Part shown: piece by piece, positions 24,600-37,049 of the stretch
Numbering within the stretch: the stretch's first letter is position 1
Layout of the letters: each line of letters begins with the position of its first letter
Assembly (NCBI GenBank): GCA_028023455.1
Contig: JAQFVV010000004.1
Span: 12,400,001 to 12,464,000 of the forward strand
DNA length: 64,000 bases
Direction: 5' to 3'
Source of the DNA: Epiperipatus broadwayi
Lineage: Eukaryota > Animalia > Onychophora
Notes under the pieces: model-generated
Told to the model about the DNA's origin: nothing
The model's input: the letters and a program-made list of their open reading frames with translations, nothing else
The model's database searches: none
Made by a program: the position numbers and the translations under genes

Positions 24600-25830
24600 A
24601 AATATCATTTTTAAAACCTGTACAGATTTTCTAGTGGTTTTATTAAGATCTTCAACTTTACCACTGCAGCCATAGATTTAACAGTCATTAATTATGTGTT
24701 TATAGTTTATATTGGCCCAACAATTACATAAATAAATGATTACTAAATTCCACTTATGAAAAAAATAAATTTGTTAAGTGTAGGTTACCTGAATCTATGG
24801 ATGAAATTCCAGTTATGTCTAAAAAAATGAAATGCAGCTGTCTTTATGGAAAAAGAAATTGTTTGGAATTTCGTGAAAATTCCATATTTATATCATAATT
24901 TTTCAGTTGCAATTCTTGGTTGAACATCCAAAAAAGATTTTGATTTGAGACAAATCTCAGATAGTGAAATTACATCTTGAGTAAACACAATTTACTTACC
25001 ATTCTTTTGATATTTAAATTCTGCCTGTATTCTTCCCATCCCTCTTCTGTGTTTTTAAATGGTCTTAAGGTCCTATAAGTAAAGGGTATATGACAGCAAA
25101 CTTGGAAAATGAGCTTTGAACATGCCATAATCAGATTTTAAAAGATATAGACAGCTGAAGAATTGGAGAGTGGAGAAGATTGGAGCTTGTCCATTAAAAT
25201 TGAAGATTTTCTATCTTAATAAAAAAACACTGATTACATAGATATGTGTAGGACATGGTGATCTGGACCAACTGATGAGTGCTGATTCAGCATGACATAA
25301 GTATATTGGAGATCATTTATTTTTTTCACATATATGTGGTCATGTGTACTGGTTGTATAAGATGGAATGGATAACTGAAGTGAGCTTGAAAGTCTGGGTT
25401 CAAATCTCCTCTAATTATTATTATTTATACATTTTTGTGAAACAACTTCTCTTAAAACATTTGACAGAGAAATATGTAAAAAAACAGATAGCCATTGCAT
25501 AGACATAAATTTGAGTATGTAATATTTAAGCGAGTATCCAGAAATTTAGTGTGAAAACCTTTTCAGCAAATAGAAACACAGTATTCACCAGTAGAATGTG
25601 CTAGAAAGCAATCTATATAGTAGTAATATGCTAACTCCAAGTAGTGCCAGTCAACTTTCAAGATGTTTATTCCTTGAAATTAATTTTGATCCTAACTAAT
25701 TAAGAAAATATATTCGGCTATGATTCAAAGTTATTCTTAAAGATCATGGGATAGAATTATGTTTGAGTTTATTATTTCAAAAAATTATTGTGTATTCAGA
25801 TTATGAAATGTTTCTCTGTTGCTTAGATGA
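24600..25830 (+). mobile_element. Ty3/gypsy pol remnants (RNase H-like at about 25530-25820), interrupted by an old family A copy
   Basis: TQYSPVE.C-like and W.IEL..FEF.I-like fragments; frames heavily broken. Confidence 0.4.
25148..25420 (+). mobile_element. Old diverged family A copy with HHR remnant
   Basis: ggaccaa-CTGATGA-GTGCTG att CAGCAT-GACA-taagtata-ttgg at 25265-25310. Confidence 0.75.
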
Positions 25831-27242
25831 AAAATTGAGCATATTGTTTTCATAAGAGTAGAAATAAGAGCTTTGTCTTTAAATAATACTTCCATTTTTT
25901 TTCGTATTCTTATGGAGAAATATTTCTATTTACAAGAAAGATCTCTTTGAAGGATCACAGTAATGTCATCTGTGTAGATGAATTTTCTATATTCTCTTTT
26001 TGGAAGATCACTGATGGATACATTAAATAAATACGTAAGAAAACTGAAATCTGCGCTAAAATATTCTATAAAATTTTATATTACCACAATTATCATTACC
26101 ACTTGAATTTTTCTATTAGGAGCATTTAGAAGACCACTTTCCAAAGCAGAACCACAAGCTGAGGTTAAATCACTAAATGTAGCCACCACAACAGCTTTTT
26201 CCTGACCAAACCAAATCTTAGAGGGAATTCATAAAATGATATTGGGGATACTATTTTGGATCAAAGCTGGAGTTATTTGTTTTTAACACTGTTAAAGTTT
26301 TACTTTTAGGCATATTTATGAAATAGTTTGTATGTTGCAATTATACTTTGACTTTAGATCCAATTTTTTTTTTTAATTCTGGGATTATATAATCTGCTTC
26401 TGGAGCTTTTTCTGGTTTAAGATAATCAAGAGCAAGCTCATGTTTGCCAACACTTACTGGATTTATAGGAGTGGTATTAAAAGAACAGTGTGAAAGCCTT
26501 GCTTGTAATTATGTTCTAATGCTTCTTTTTTTAATTATATTAATTTTAGTATAGAAATCTGATACATAAAATTTGCAATCTCATTAGTAATAAGATTAAT
26601 AATACTTTTAGAGGTATTTACAACAATCAAACTTACATAAAAATTACTAGGTCTCCTGAAAAGAACTTGTAAGTATCATGGATTGTCTTAACTTTTCTTT
26701 TCTGGTATCATCCAATGATTTTACAAGTTTTTCAATAATTTCAACATCTTTGGAAAACAAAAATTGGTTAGAAATTATACTGCTAATTTTGTTGCAATTG
26801 GCCATGAACTGCTTTTGATATTAACAAGAAATGGATTATTTGGAAGCTATTATTATGGATCTCTTACAGCTATCCTATCAACAAGGAATTGGAAAGATTC
26901 TAATACTAATCTATTCAAGAATCTGATTGACAGTTATTAACAAAATAAAATTAACTTAAAGAACAATGCACAAAAAAACTATGGGAACAATATAAATTGA
27001 ATATAAAGATGATTTATCAAATAAATAAATATTTATGTACAAAAAATAGAAAACATGATGCAAGATTGATTATACATTAATGGTAACATAAATACATCTT
27101 TCATTATAATGAGATATTTAGTCTTTATTTCTGTATCATAATTAAATCAGTGAGATGTTCTCAATAGCAGCTTGTACATAGTAATCTTATAAACATTACA
27201 AGCATAAAGCTAAACTAGTCAATATAAAATTAAAACTACCCC

Positions 27243-27483
27243 AAATCCAAAATTAAACCAGACCAGCATAAAAATAATATTAAAACACAACCTAAGGTTT
27301 CACTGCTACAATATTAATATTAAGGGTGGATGGGAAGTGAATGGATTTGTGGGTAGTTTTTAATATTATATATATTGTGTAGTTTTTGTAGTTCTTTACA
27401 CTTGAGAAGTCTGCTTGTAGCAGTGAAACCTTAGGTTGTGTTTTAATATTATTTTTATGCTGGTCTGGTTTAATTTTGGATTT
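27243..27483. repeat. Perfect 68-bp inverted repeat within a PLE 3' UTR-like segment
   Basis: 27243-27310 is the exact reverse complement of 27416-27483; the right arm region resembles 40240-40340 downstream of the PLE at 38.3-40.2 kb. Confidence 0.9.
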
Positions 27484-27974
27484 GTGATAGTTTTGATAGT
27501 AATCTTATGTAAAATTTGAAATTACAATTATATTTTTATATTGTGAGATCAATCATGAAATCTAAATAAAAATTATTATTGAAGTACACATTTCTGATTA
27601 ACTTTGTAAACTAGTAATAGTTCATATTATTGAAATCAAGCATTTTCCAACTAAAACAACAAACAATTGCTGAGATAACAGTAAGTATTAGACATTTTAT
27701 TTGCATTGTAATGAGAATTAAATATTCATTTGTTTCATTATTATTAGTTAAAATAAAAGAGTAAAACATGCTATTTAAGAGTATAACTATAATTTGTATA
27801 CAAGAGTTCATGAAAATTTAAAAGTAAAAAATGCTGACCATAATTTTATTTACAATATTTCATTGTAATAACAATATAATTTTAAAATGCCATTTTCATT
27901 AGTAATTTTTTTAATCAGAAGGTAATCAGCCTTTGACATGTGCTATTCAATAATGTTACTAACTTACTGATGTA

Positions 27975-28385
27975 TGCAGATGACCCTTAAACACCTTTTA
28001 TTAAAGCATCAATTCTAATTATATATGAATCAAACTCAATATTAATAAAATTCCTATATTCATATATTCAACATCACTGATGATAAACTATCTTAATTGT
28101 TAAAAGCAGATCAGAAATTTCATCTAATATATATATAATGGTAAAAATGGAAAAACAATAAATACTAAAATAAATACAGGTAAAACCATCTCAATTATTT
28201 CAACCCATTGCCCTTCTAATAAAAATCATATTAACTTTTTATTTAAAATTAATCTAATTATTCTATAACCAATTAAAATAATAATTAAAATTAAAACTAC
28301 TAACAAATGACCATGAAAAAAAATTAATTGCTCCATTAAAAGAAAAGATACATCTTGAAATATTAACTTATTTTATCTTGTGATA
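27975..28385 (-). pseudogene. cox2: NUMT: cytochrome c oxidase subunit II, 5' part
   Basis: Invertebrate mitochondrial code gives SFLMEQLIFFH, LLEGQ.VE, LDEIS and EFDSYM; frameshifted. Confidence 0.85.
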
Positions 28386-29030
28386 TTAATTATTTAATAT
28401 TCTTAATTCATTATAAGTATGATCGCAGGAGGAATTCTAATTATATGTCTTCCTCATACAACTAATTGCTTACTAAATAATCTTTCCTCAACAATATAAA
28501 GAAAAAATAAAACACAAACTAAAGAAATTATTCTTCCAATAGAGAAAACAATATGTCATAATATATATATTTGAATAATCAGAATATCAACTAGGTATCT
28601 CAGCTAATCCTAAAGAATGCTGAGGAAAAAAAAGATTATATTAACATCTAAAAATATAGCAAAAACAATATTTTTTTAACCTATCTGAATTTATAGAAAC
28701 CCTTAAAAACAAAGGAAATCAATGAACTATTCCCATTAATATTGCAAATACTGTACCCATAGGTAATACATAATGAAAATGTGCAACAATATATATATCA
28801 TGGCAACACAATATCTAAAGAAGAATATGCTAATACAACACCACCCATCAATAGTAAACAAAAAAATAAATTCTATTACCTATAATAAACCAGGCTCAAA
28901 ATCTATTTTTATATTATATAATGTTGAAAGCCAACAAAATACTTTAATTCATGTAGGTACTGCAATAATTATTGTTGCAGTTATAAAATATGCATGAGTA
29001 TCAACATCTATCCCAACCATAACTAATTCC
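28386..29030 (-). pseudogene. cox1: NUMT: cytochrome c oxidase subunit I, 3' half
   Basis: VGMDVDTHAYF.TATMIIAVPT, SSLDIV.HD.Y.VAHFHYVL, FPQH.LGLA.MP..YSDY; ends ...DHTYNEL. Confidence 0.92.
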
Positions 29031-29048
29031 ATTAAAATGAAAAATAAT

Positions 29049-30330
29049 TTGGTTGTGTTTTGATCTATCATGTCAGCTGCTTGGCAGCACTATTTCTAGC
29101 TAAATTGCTAGAAATATGCCGTTTCTGTGGCTGCAGCCAAGCAGATAGCTTTCTTTCTATGATAAAACACAGACAGAGTCAGTTTACTTGGCTGCATGGC
29201 TACCGCTGTGGCTTTTTTCGATGATAAAAGCACAAAAAAGGCCTTCATTGGCTGCCATAGTTGGTTGTGTTATGCACTTTCTTGTAATGCTGGGTTATAT
29301 ATTTTTGCTACAGTATCGTGTGATGGTGTGTTGACTGCATCATGTCTAAATAATTAAACTTTGGGGTCATCCTTTTTTTGTTTCATGTGAACTAATCTAC
29401 TGGTATCATCTAACACCTTTAACAGTATCATCATTGTTCCATCAGGACTATGTTAGTGTTACAAATTGGATTTTAGGGTGAGGTACAGCACTATTTCGAA
29501 AATCACAATGAAAGTAGCGTATTGTGAGAAATCATCTGAGACAGGGAAGATGGCTGCTTTCAACTCTCAAAATTGCCAATTGCCAGACACCGGAGTCAGA
29601 TTTCATTATAATAGCTTGTTATAATTATTAATAACTTTATTTGGTAAATTTCAATTGAATTTACTTCCCCCCATCCCAAAACACAGTGTCTGATTAATTA
29701 CTGTCCAAAAAAGGGTAAAATGTGATTTAATTTTTTCTTAAAAAACTACCATAACTTTTTTGATAAGTAAAAAAAAACAAAAAAACAAACAAGCCCGTCT
29801 CTGCTATATTTACTATTATTTGTTATTAAAAAAGTAACATAATTTTATATATACACTCACAAAAAGAGTGCAATATAATTTAATTTTTACCCCCCAAAAC
29901 ACGGTGTCTGATTAATTACTGCCCTTCAAAATGGGGGTAAAATGTAATTTAATTTTGTATTTAAAAAGTATCGTAACGTTTCCGATATGCAATGTAAAAA
30001 AAAAAAAAAAGAAGCCCCGTCTCTGATTAATTACTGTCCCAAAAAGGTCAAAGTTGGCTTTCATTGTAAAATTTTGTTGGAATTACTGTCCAAAAAAGTC
30101 TCCAATGTACTATTATTTGCTATTGGAAAGTAACATACTTTTTTATTGACACCCACACACACAAAAAAAGCCAGTCTGATTAATTACTGTCCCAAAAAGT
30201 CTGCTTACATTTTTATATATATATTTTTTTAATTTTGTGGACATTGTAGTTGTATAGAATAGCTGGCCCAGGAACATTATATCAATGTGTTTTTGAAGCA
30301 GCTGACAATGATAGATCAGAACACAACCAA
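29049..30330. mobile_element. Non-autonomous TIR DNA element with internal repeats
   Basis: About 34-bp imperfect TIRs (ttggttgtgttttgatctatcatgtcagctgctt / aagcagctgacaatgatagatcagaacacaaccaa); about 5 copies of tctgattaattactgtcc(c)aaaa; internal duplication of about 220 bp. Confidence 0.75.
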
Positions 30331-30364
30331 TAATTCTAAATAATATTGTTATAATAAAATAAAA

Positions 30365-30952
30365 TACATAATAAATTATTAATTATTTATCACTTATTAT
30401 AATAGCAACAGTCATTCTTCCACCATGCCCAATTAAAAAATATGCCAACAACCTACATATTATTATCTGATCAAATCCCCCAATTATAATTATAATAATT
30501 ACCCTAAATGTTAAACATATTCTCAAATTTAACAAATAACTTATAATAAATTTTAATTCAAACTTTTGTACAATTATTAGTAATAAAAAACATTTATTCA
30601 TCTTAAATTGTCTAATACTCTTGGAAATCAAAAATGAAATGGAACCACACCATTTTTTAAATTATTGACATTCAAAAAACATATCTTATTATATCATAAT
30701 AATATAATCCTACCATTACCAAAGATCTAAAAAAAACAAAAAAAAAAACAATAAAATCACAGACCCAAAACTTGAGTAATAAAATACTTAACTACCCTTT
30801 CATTAATATTTTTCCTTCTATAGAACTAATAAAGAAATACTACACAATATATTTATTTGTAAACCAATTGAAATAAAAATTCATCACCTTATATTTACCT
30901 GAATAATTAGTCAAAAAATTAATAAAACGTAAAAAAAATAAGAAAAAGTCAT
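30365..30952 (-). pseudogene. nad2: NUMT: NADH dehydrogenase subunit 2, 5' half
   Basis: KYFITQVLGS, GVVPFHFWFPSVL, IGGFDQ...LLAYFLIGHGG (cf. GGLNQ...LAYSSI.H.GW). Confidence 0.8.
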
Positions 30953-31683
30953 AAGTGTTTGACACTTAAACTTTTGATGTTTAAATTATAGTTCATTATA
31001 AACTATTAAAGCTTTTGAATTTATAATTCAAAAATACCAAAATACTTTAAAAACTAAAAACCTCCAAAGCTTTAATTATTCAATTCATATATTAGTATAT
31101 GCATACATTTAATTTCCAATTAAAAACTCCTAATATACCATAATCATTTCAGATTTTAATAATAGAACACTTAATAAAACTAAATGTAATAATAACATTA
31201 TATATTCACTATTTTTTTATTATAAAATATAGGAAATTTTAGTCTTACAACTCATATGATAAGGTTAAAAATAGGACACATTAAATGGTATTCAAAGAAA
31301 AAAAAAGTGTGATGATATTTATTATCTTGTTACAAATCTTTGAGTTTACATGATTATATCACAAAGTTTAACTCGTCATTTTACTTGGTAAATGTTGACT
31401 CACATGCTATAACTGTTATAAAGTAACTGCTGATTCACACTGCAAAATACAGAAACCAGAGTGCAATGAAACACATCATCCCTCACTGGAATGAGAAAAT
31501 CAATGCCGGTAATAATCTCCAAAGCATTCACAACCCACCTGGCACCCCAACAGCTAGGGCCAAGGCTCTGGAACCCTCCCAACCACAAGACTCACCCATC
31601 CCAGCAAAAAGGATGAGTGAAACACCCGCCCCAATCCCAACATATATCACAGTAAAAATCACCAGAACTTTCAATGGCTATTA

Positions 31684-32545
31684 GGAAATATACACTTATA
31701 TTATATGCTATATAACCATCAATTCAAAGATCAGCAAGGCAACTGTTAATTTACATAATGTAATATAGAACATAAAATGACAAATTACAATTAGACAGTA
31801 TTGTTTGGGTTGCATTAATCCATGAGCTGATTAACTGACAATAGTAATCTACTGTTGCAATTTAGGATGATTTATCAATTCCAGAATTCAAATATGAATG
31901 GCATTCGAAAGTCATTACAAAATTCTAGAAAGCAACTGTTGATTTATATAGTGTAATGTAGAAGTTAAAATGACTGATTAAATTTTGGCCATGATATTTT
32001 GCTGCCTTTATCTATGAGATGAATTACTGTTGGTAATAATCAAATGCTACAATTAAAGATGATTTATAAAGCCTAGAATTAAAAAATGAATAGCATTTTG
32101 AGAGAAAAAAATATATGAAGATGAAAAATACTCAGTTTGAAACAACAACGCTAAAGCCGCAATTAATAATGCTATAATATATATATATATATTGGGAAAT
32201 ACACACTTATATTATATGCTGTACAACCATTAATTTAAAGGTCAGTGAGGCAATTGTTAGAAATTAAAATGACAAATTGCAATTAGACAGTATTGTTTGT
32301 TGCATTAATCCATGAGCTGATTAACTGTTGATAGTAATCCAATGTTTCAATTGAGGATGATTTATCAATTCCAGAATTCAAATATGAATGGCATTCGAAA
32401 GTCAATTCAAAGTTCTAAAAAGCAACTGTTGATTTATATAGTATAATGTAGAAGTTAAAATGACTTGAGTTTTGACTGTAATATTTTGCTGCCTTTATCC
32501 ATGATATGATTTACTGTTGGTGATAATCAAATGCTGTGATCATCT
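31684..32545 (+). repeat. Direct duplication, period about 511 bp (about 360 bp shared)
   Basis: ggaaata(t/c)acacttatattatatgct...aatcaaatgct at 31684 and 32195. Confidence 0.85.
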
Positions 32546-32719
32546 GGAGAGATAATTTATATCAGAAAAGAGAACTAAGAAGCTACTCCTTTAAATAGGA
32601 ATAATTTTAGGGGCATTTAATTCCCTAAACTAGGAAAAATGGAACTAAAACGGAGAACCAGTAACAGAGTCAACTGGAGTCCTTGGCGCCCTCTAGTGAA
32701 CTATATTCACTATTTTAAT

Positions 32720-33520
32720 AACTTTTATCAAATGTAATCTAAAAATAATATGATTATGTTGACAAAAATATTATAAATATATTTTATACACTGCATCAAA
32801 AATTAAATAAAAACATTTATAATTATACTAACTAACCTTCAAGAAATCAAAGAATTATTAATTCCAACTTCATTAAACAAATTTAATAAAGGTGGAATTG
32901 TTATATTTACAATAATTAACATAGATCAAAATAATCCTAATCTTGGAAATATCTTTATTATTCCTTTAGCAACCACTATTCTTTGTGAATGATATCACTC
33001 ATATGATACTCTCAATAAATAAAATAATCCAAATGAAGAAAGTTCATGCTCAACTATTATCCATATAGCCACATTAATACTTCATTGTCATATCACAAAC
33101 ACTGACCTAATTATTATCCCTATATATCCAACTGTTGAATAAGCAACTAATGCTTTTATGTCATCTTGACGAATACAAATTATTGTTGTTATCATTTTTC
33201 CAAATAATTGTAATCTAACAAAAAATTCTCTAAATTTTAAATTAATTATTTTTAAAATCATTGAAAACCCCATAACTTCCCAATTTTAATAATACTCTTG
33301 TTAAAATCATTGATCCTCAAATTTAAGCTTCAACATGAGCCTTTGGCAACCAAATATGCACAAACATATATTGGCAACTTAACAAGAAAAGTTATATACA
33401 AATTATCCAATATAAGTTTGACATAAATGATTATTTTACATTGCTGAAATAAAATTAATTTTTATAGTAAAATTTTCTATAAAATCTCAAATTATTCCAG
33501 TAATGTAACATTTTTATCCA
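32720..33520 (-). pseudogene. nad4: NUMT: NADH dehydrogenase subunit 4, central part
   Basis: VKLPMY..HIWLPKAHVEA, ICIRQDDIKALVAYSTV, PPLLNLFNE. Confidence 0.88.
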
Positions 33521-36134
33521 TTGAATATTTAACAAGTGGTGGCCTTTCATCTAGCAGAATAAGGCTTACAATATTTCATTTAATAATAATATTCTACATA
33601 ATGAAATACTTAATAATGTATTAATTATAAATTTTATTAAATGCCCATTATTATATTAAGTAATAATTATTACTTCATATATTGTAATATTAATTTGTCT
33701 ACCATTTTATTTAAGCTGTATTTGGAAATAACCTTTTTGCCTCTGCGATGTTTATTTTGGCTTGCAGTTTTATAAGTAACGTTTCTATTTTTTTTTTGTT
33801 ATTAATGTTCATTGTGTAAAATGATCTTCAAGCTGTAGAAAAAGAATGAGTTGTAATCAATTTATTTTAACTTCAATGTATCCTATGTGATTTTTAAATG
33901 TACATTAGTATGATAGTAAATAAATGATCAATTATTTATTTTACTGTGAACCGTAAAGAACCATACAGTAGAGATGCCAAATCTATAACTATCAAAAGTT
34001 CCAAAAAACAAAACAAAAATAGAAGACACAGATTAAAATAAGAATAGGTATTCAGGAACAGAGACAATTGTTTATTAAGATAGATTAGCAAGTAAAAAAT
34101 AAATATTTAAACAGCAGAGAGTAGTAGCAAACACTGCACAAAAAGACATTAATGGATAAAAGTTAGAGGCATAAGTGTTAAAAGAATTTTTCCAAGATAA
34201 AAGCTTTTCCCTTTTATTAAAAGCTTCTTGTCTTAATGTATTTTCATTAATATTTTAATGAATACATAAATAATTCAATTTTTTTTATCTATTTTTGTGC
34301 ATTAGTGGGTTAATAATGAATTACTAATCTAGGATTGGGATTAAATTACAGAAAAGCTTTAGCATATAAAACTAAGAAAACTCAAAATATAACTGGCATT
34401 TATAGTTTTATTTATTTAAATGATATTCTAATTCCATGTTATGACTTTCTAAATCAAGTATAAAGCTTTAAAGAGCTTTTTCATTATTAAAAATTGATTA
34501 AAGAGCATGCTTTAATAACATATTTTTTCCTTTAAACTTTTCTTAGACACAATTTCCAAATCACGTCAAGTTAACCACACAAACGGCTTTAGAGTTGAAG
34601 AGACTAAAAATGTCTTCTTTAATTAAATTTGGGGGAAAACTCAAAGAAAACTGATTATCGAAACTTCCATACTAACTAGTACGATTTTATCATATATGAA
34701 TAACAATTTCAATTTTATCTCTAGTACACGAGTAGTTTTTTTGAGAAAAAAAAAAGGCCATCTGAATATATGTATGTGTGTGTGTTTATAATGATTTAAT
34801 GCAATAATTTGATGTTATATTAATAAATCAATTGAATACAAATCTAATTAATATCAATTTATTTAACAATAAAGTAATTAAATTACAAATGGAGAATTTG
34901 TCAAATGTTAACTAATGTTGTCTGATCACTCCAATAAAATAATATTTTGTGTCTTTTCCCCTATAAATAGAATGACACACACAGATCACAATATGCATTA
35001 TACAGATATGTTGTAACATATTTTATATGTAAACGACTCATTAAAATTTACAATATAACCCTCAATATCTAATAGCAGAAATATGCACTGATTTTAAGCA
35101 TTGTTCTAAAAGTTAGATGGTATTTTTACTTTTTATATATACACATTGTAATCAAAATGATTTAAAGTTTATTTAAATCATAAAGGTCAATGTTACAATA
35201 ACTTTTTTGTTTTAATTAAACAGAAGTTTGATTATATATATTGTTGATTGATGCTAGATGCATTTAACAATTTTTTTCCCTAATGAATGATTTTGCATTA
35301 TAGTAAAAGTTGCAAAGTTTAGTGTAAAGACTCTTGACCTGTTTGTTGTTTTTTTTTAAACTCAGTAAAATTTGAATAAAAAAATTGAATATCTCTTGAT
35401 CTCTAAATAATTAACCACATGATTAGTATTATTCCAGTTTCAAATCATTCAGTACAATTAAAATACAATTTTTACTATCTTTGCGTGGTACAAGATTTTC
35501 ATTCATTCAACTAATATATATATATATTAAGTATTAGAATTAAATTTATCTAGAGTTATTGAAAGTAAATACTTTAGAAAAAATAAACTATCAAATTACA
35601 TTGATTTTTTTTTATAATTGATCTCTCACAAATCTCATGTTTATCACCCTACCCCTTCATTAAATTGCAAAACATAAAATATATGAATGATTATTTGTTT
35701 GAGAAATTATTTTTAAGTAGCAGAAATAATCAGTTTAGCTTTGATCCAGAAATGTTTTGCTCTCATATTTGAATGCTAATACTGATAATAAACAACTCAT
35801 AATATAAACAGTATATTTTGCAGAGAACTATTTTATAAAAAGTTGTATGTGTCTAATGAATTCTCTACTGAAGTACCTATCCAATTTATTTGTTTCATTA
35901 TCCTCTATTTATTTTAACATAGTTATATGTTTTACTTATTGTTATTATTATCAGAACAAAATATTCATCACTGGCATACACTTATGCATCCATCATACAT
36001 GTAAAAACATCAGGAAATATTATTTTTTCAATAAAAATGTACTCATAATAATGCTAGCCAGGCAAACAATTATCTAATTACCTGAATAGTTGTGTTCGAA
36101 CTAGGTTATTCAATAATTTATAAAACTATGGTTA

Positions 36135-36741
36135 ATACATTGTACAGGCTTAAACCTGCATTTATATATGTAATATATGTAGGATTCGAACTCAGACTTT
36201 CACACGACCCACTACTCTCAGTGCCATTTCATATTGCTGACCCACCTGATCACACACATGTTGAAAAGATAATCACCATTATACGTATTTCATGCTAAAC
36301 CAGCAATCATCAGTTGGTCTAGATTACTATCCTCATACACACATATATAATCAATGCTCAGATTTATATTAAGATAGCCAGTATTCATACTTTAATGGAC
36401 AGGCTTCAAACTATTCCAACTCACAACTCTTCAACCTTCCACTTCATTGAAAATCTGATGATGGAACGTTCAAAGCCCTTATTAGTGCCAAGGTTGTCAT
36501 CCTACCCATGTTGACATATTAGTCATTCTGACCCCTCATGTACAGGAGAATAATCCATTTATACATACATATATGAGGGATGGGCAGACCTATTATACAC
36601 TACTTATATAAATTAAAGCTGAGCACTGATTATACATATGTGTGAGGATAGTAATCTAGACCAACTGATGATTGCTGTTTTAGCATGGAATACGCATATT
36701 GGTGATTATTTATCTTTTCAACATGTGTGTGATGGGTCAGC
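36135..36741. mobile_element. Family A (subfamily A2): about 465-nt antisense monomer plus 125-nt inverted arm
   Basis: 13-bp TSD aaaactatggtta (36122-36134 and 36742-36754); HHR with intact core on minus strand (TCATCAG 36307-36313), mutated HHR on plus strand (36665-36700). Confidence 0.9.
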
Positions 36742-37049
36742 AAAACTATGGTTAGTAAATATTTAACAACGTACAGTATGAAATACCAAGAAAATAATAA
36801 CTCAATCTTAAACAAGAGTATACTTCTTGGATGCTAAAAGGATTATGTTTTTATTATCAAAAAACCTAATTAAATATTTTTTTTTTGCCTGCTTCCTTTT
36901 TTATTTTCATGCAACATTTTTATAAATGGCGGATTGGATGATACATTTTATTCAAAAGGTCGAGGGTTGCTGACATAGAGCAAAATAATTTACAAAAATT
37001 AAATAAATGTAAATCAAATTCCTTTTTAGATAAATATTTTCATTTTTAA

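Noticed and set aside
31400-31684. GC-richer Pro-rich ORF (31466..31684) between NUMT pieces
   Set aside because: No motif recognised in either strand; probably a TE fragment, so left unannotated.
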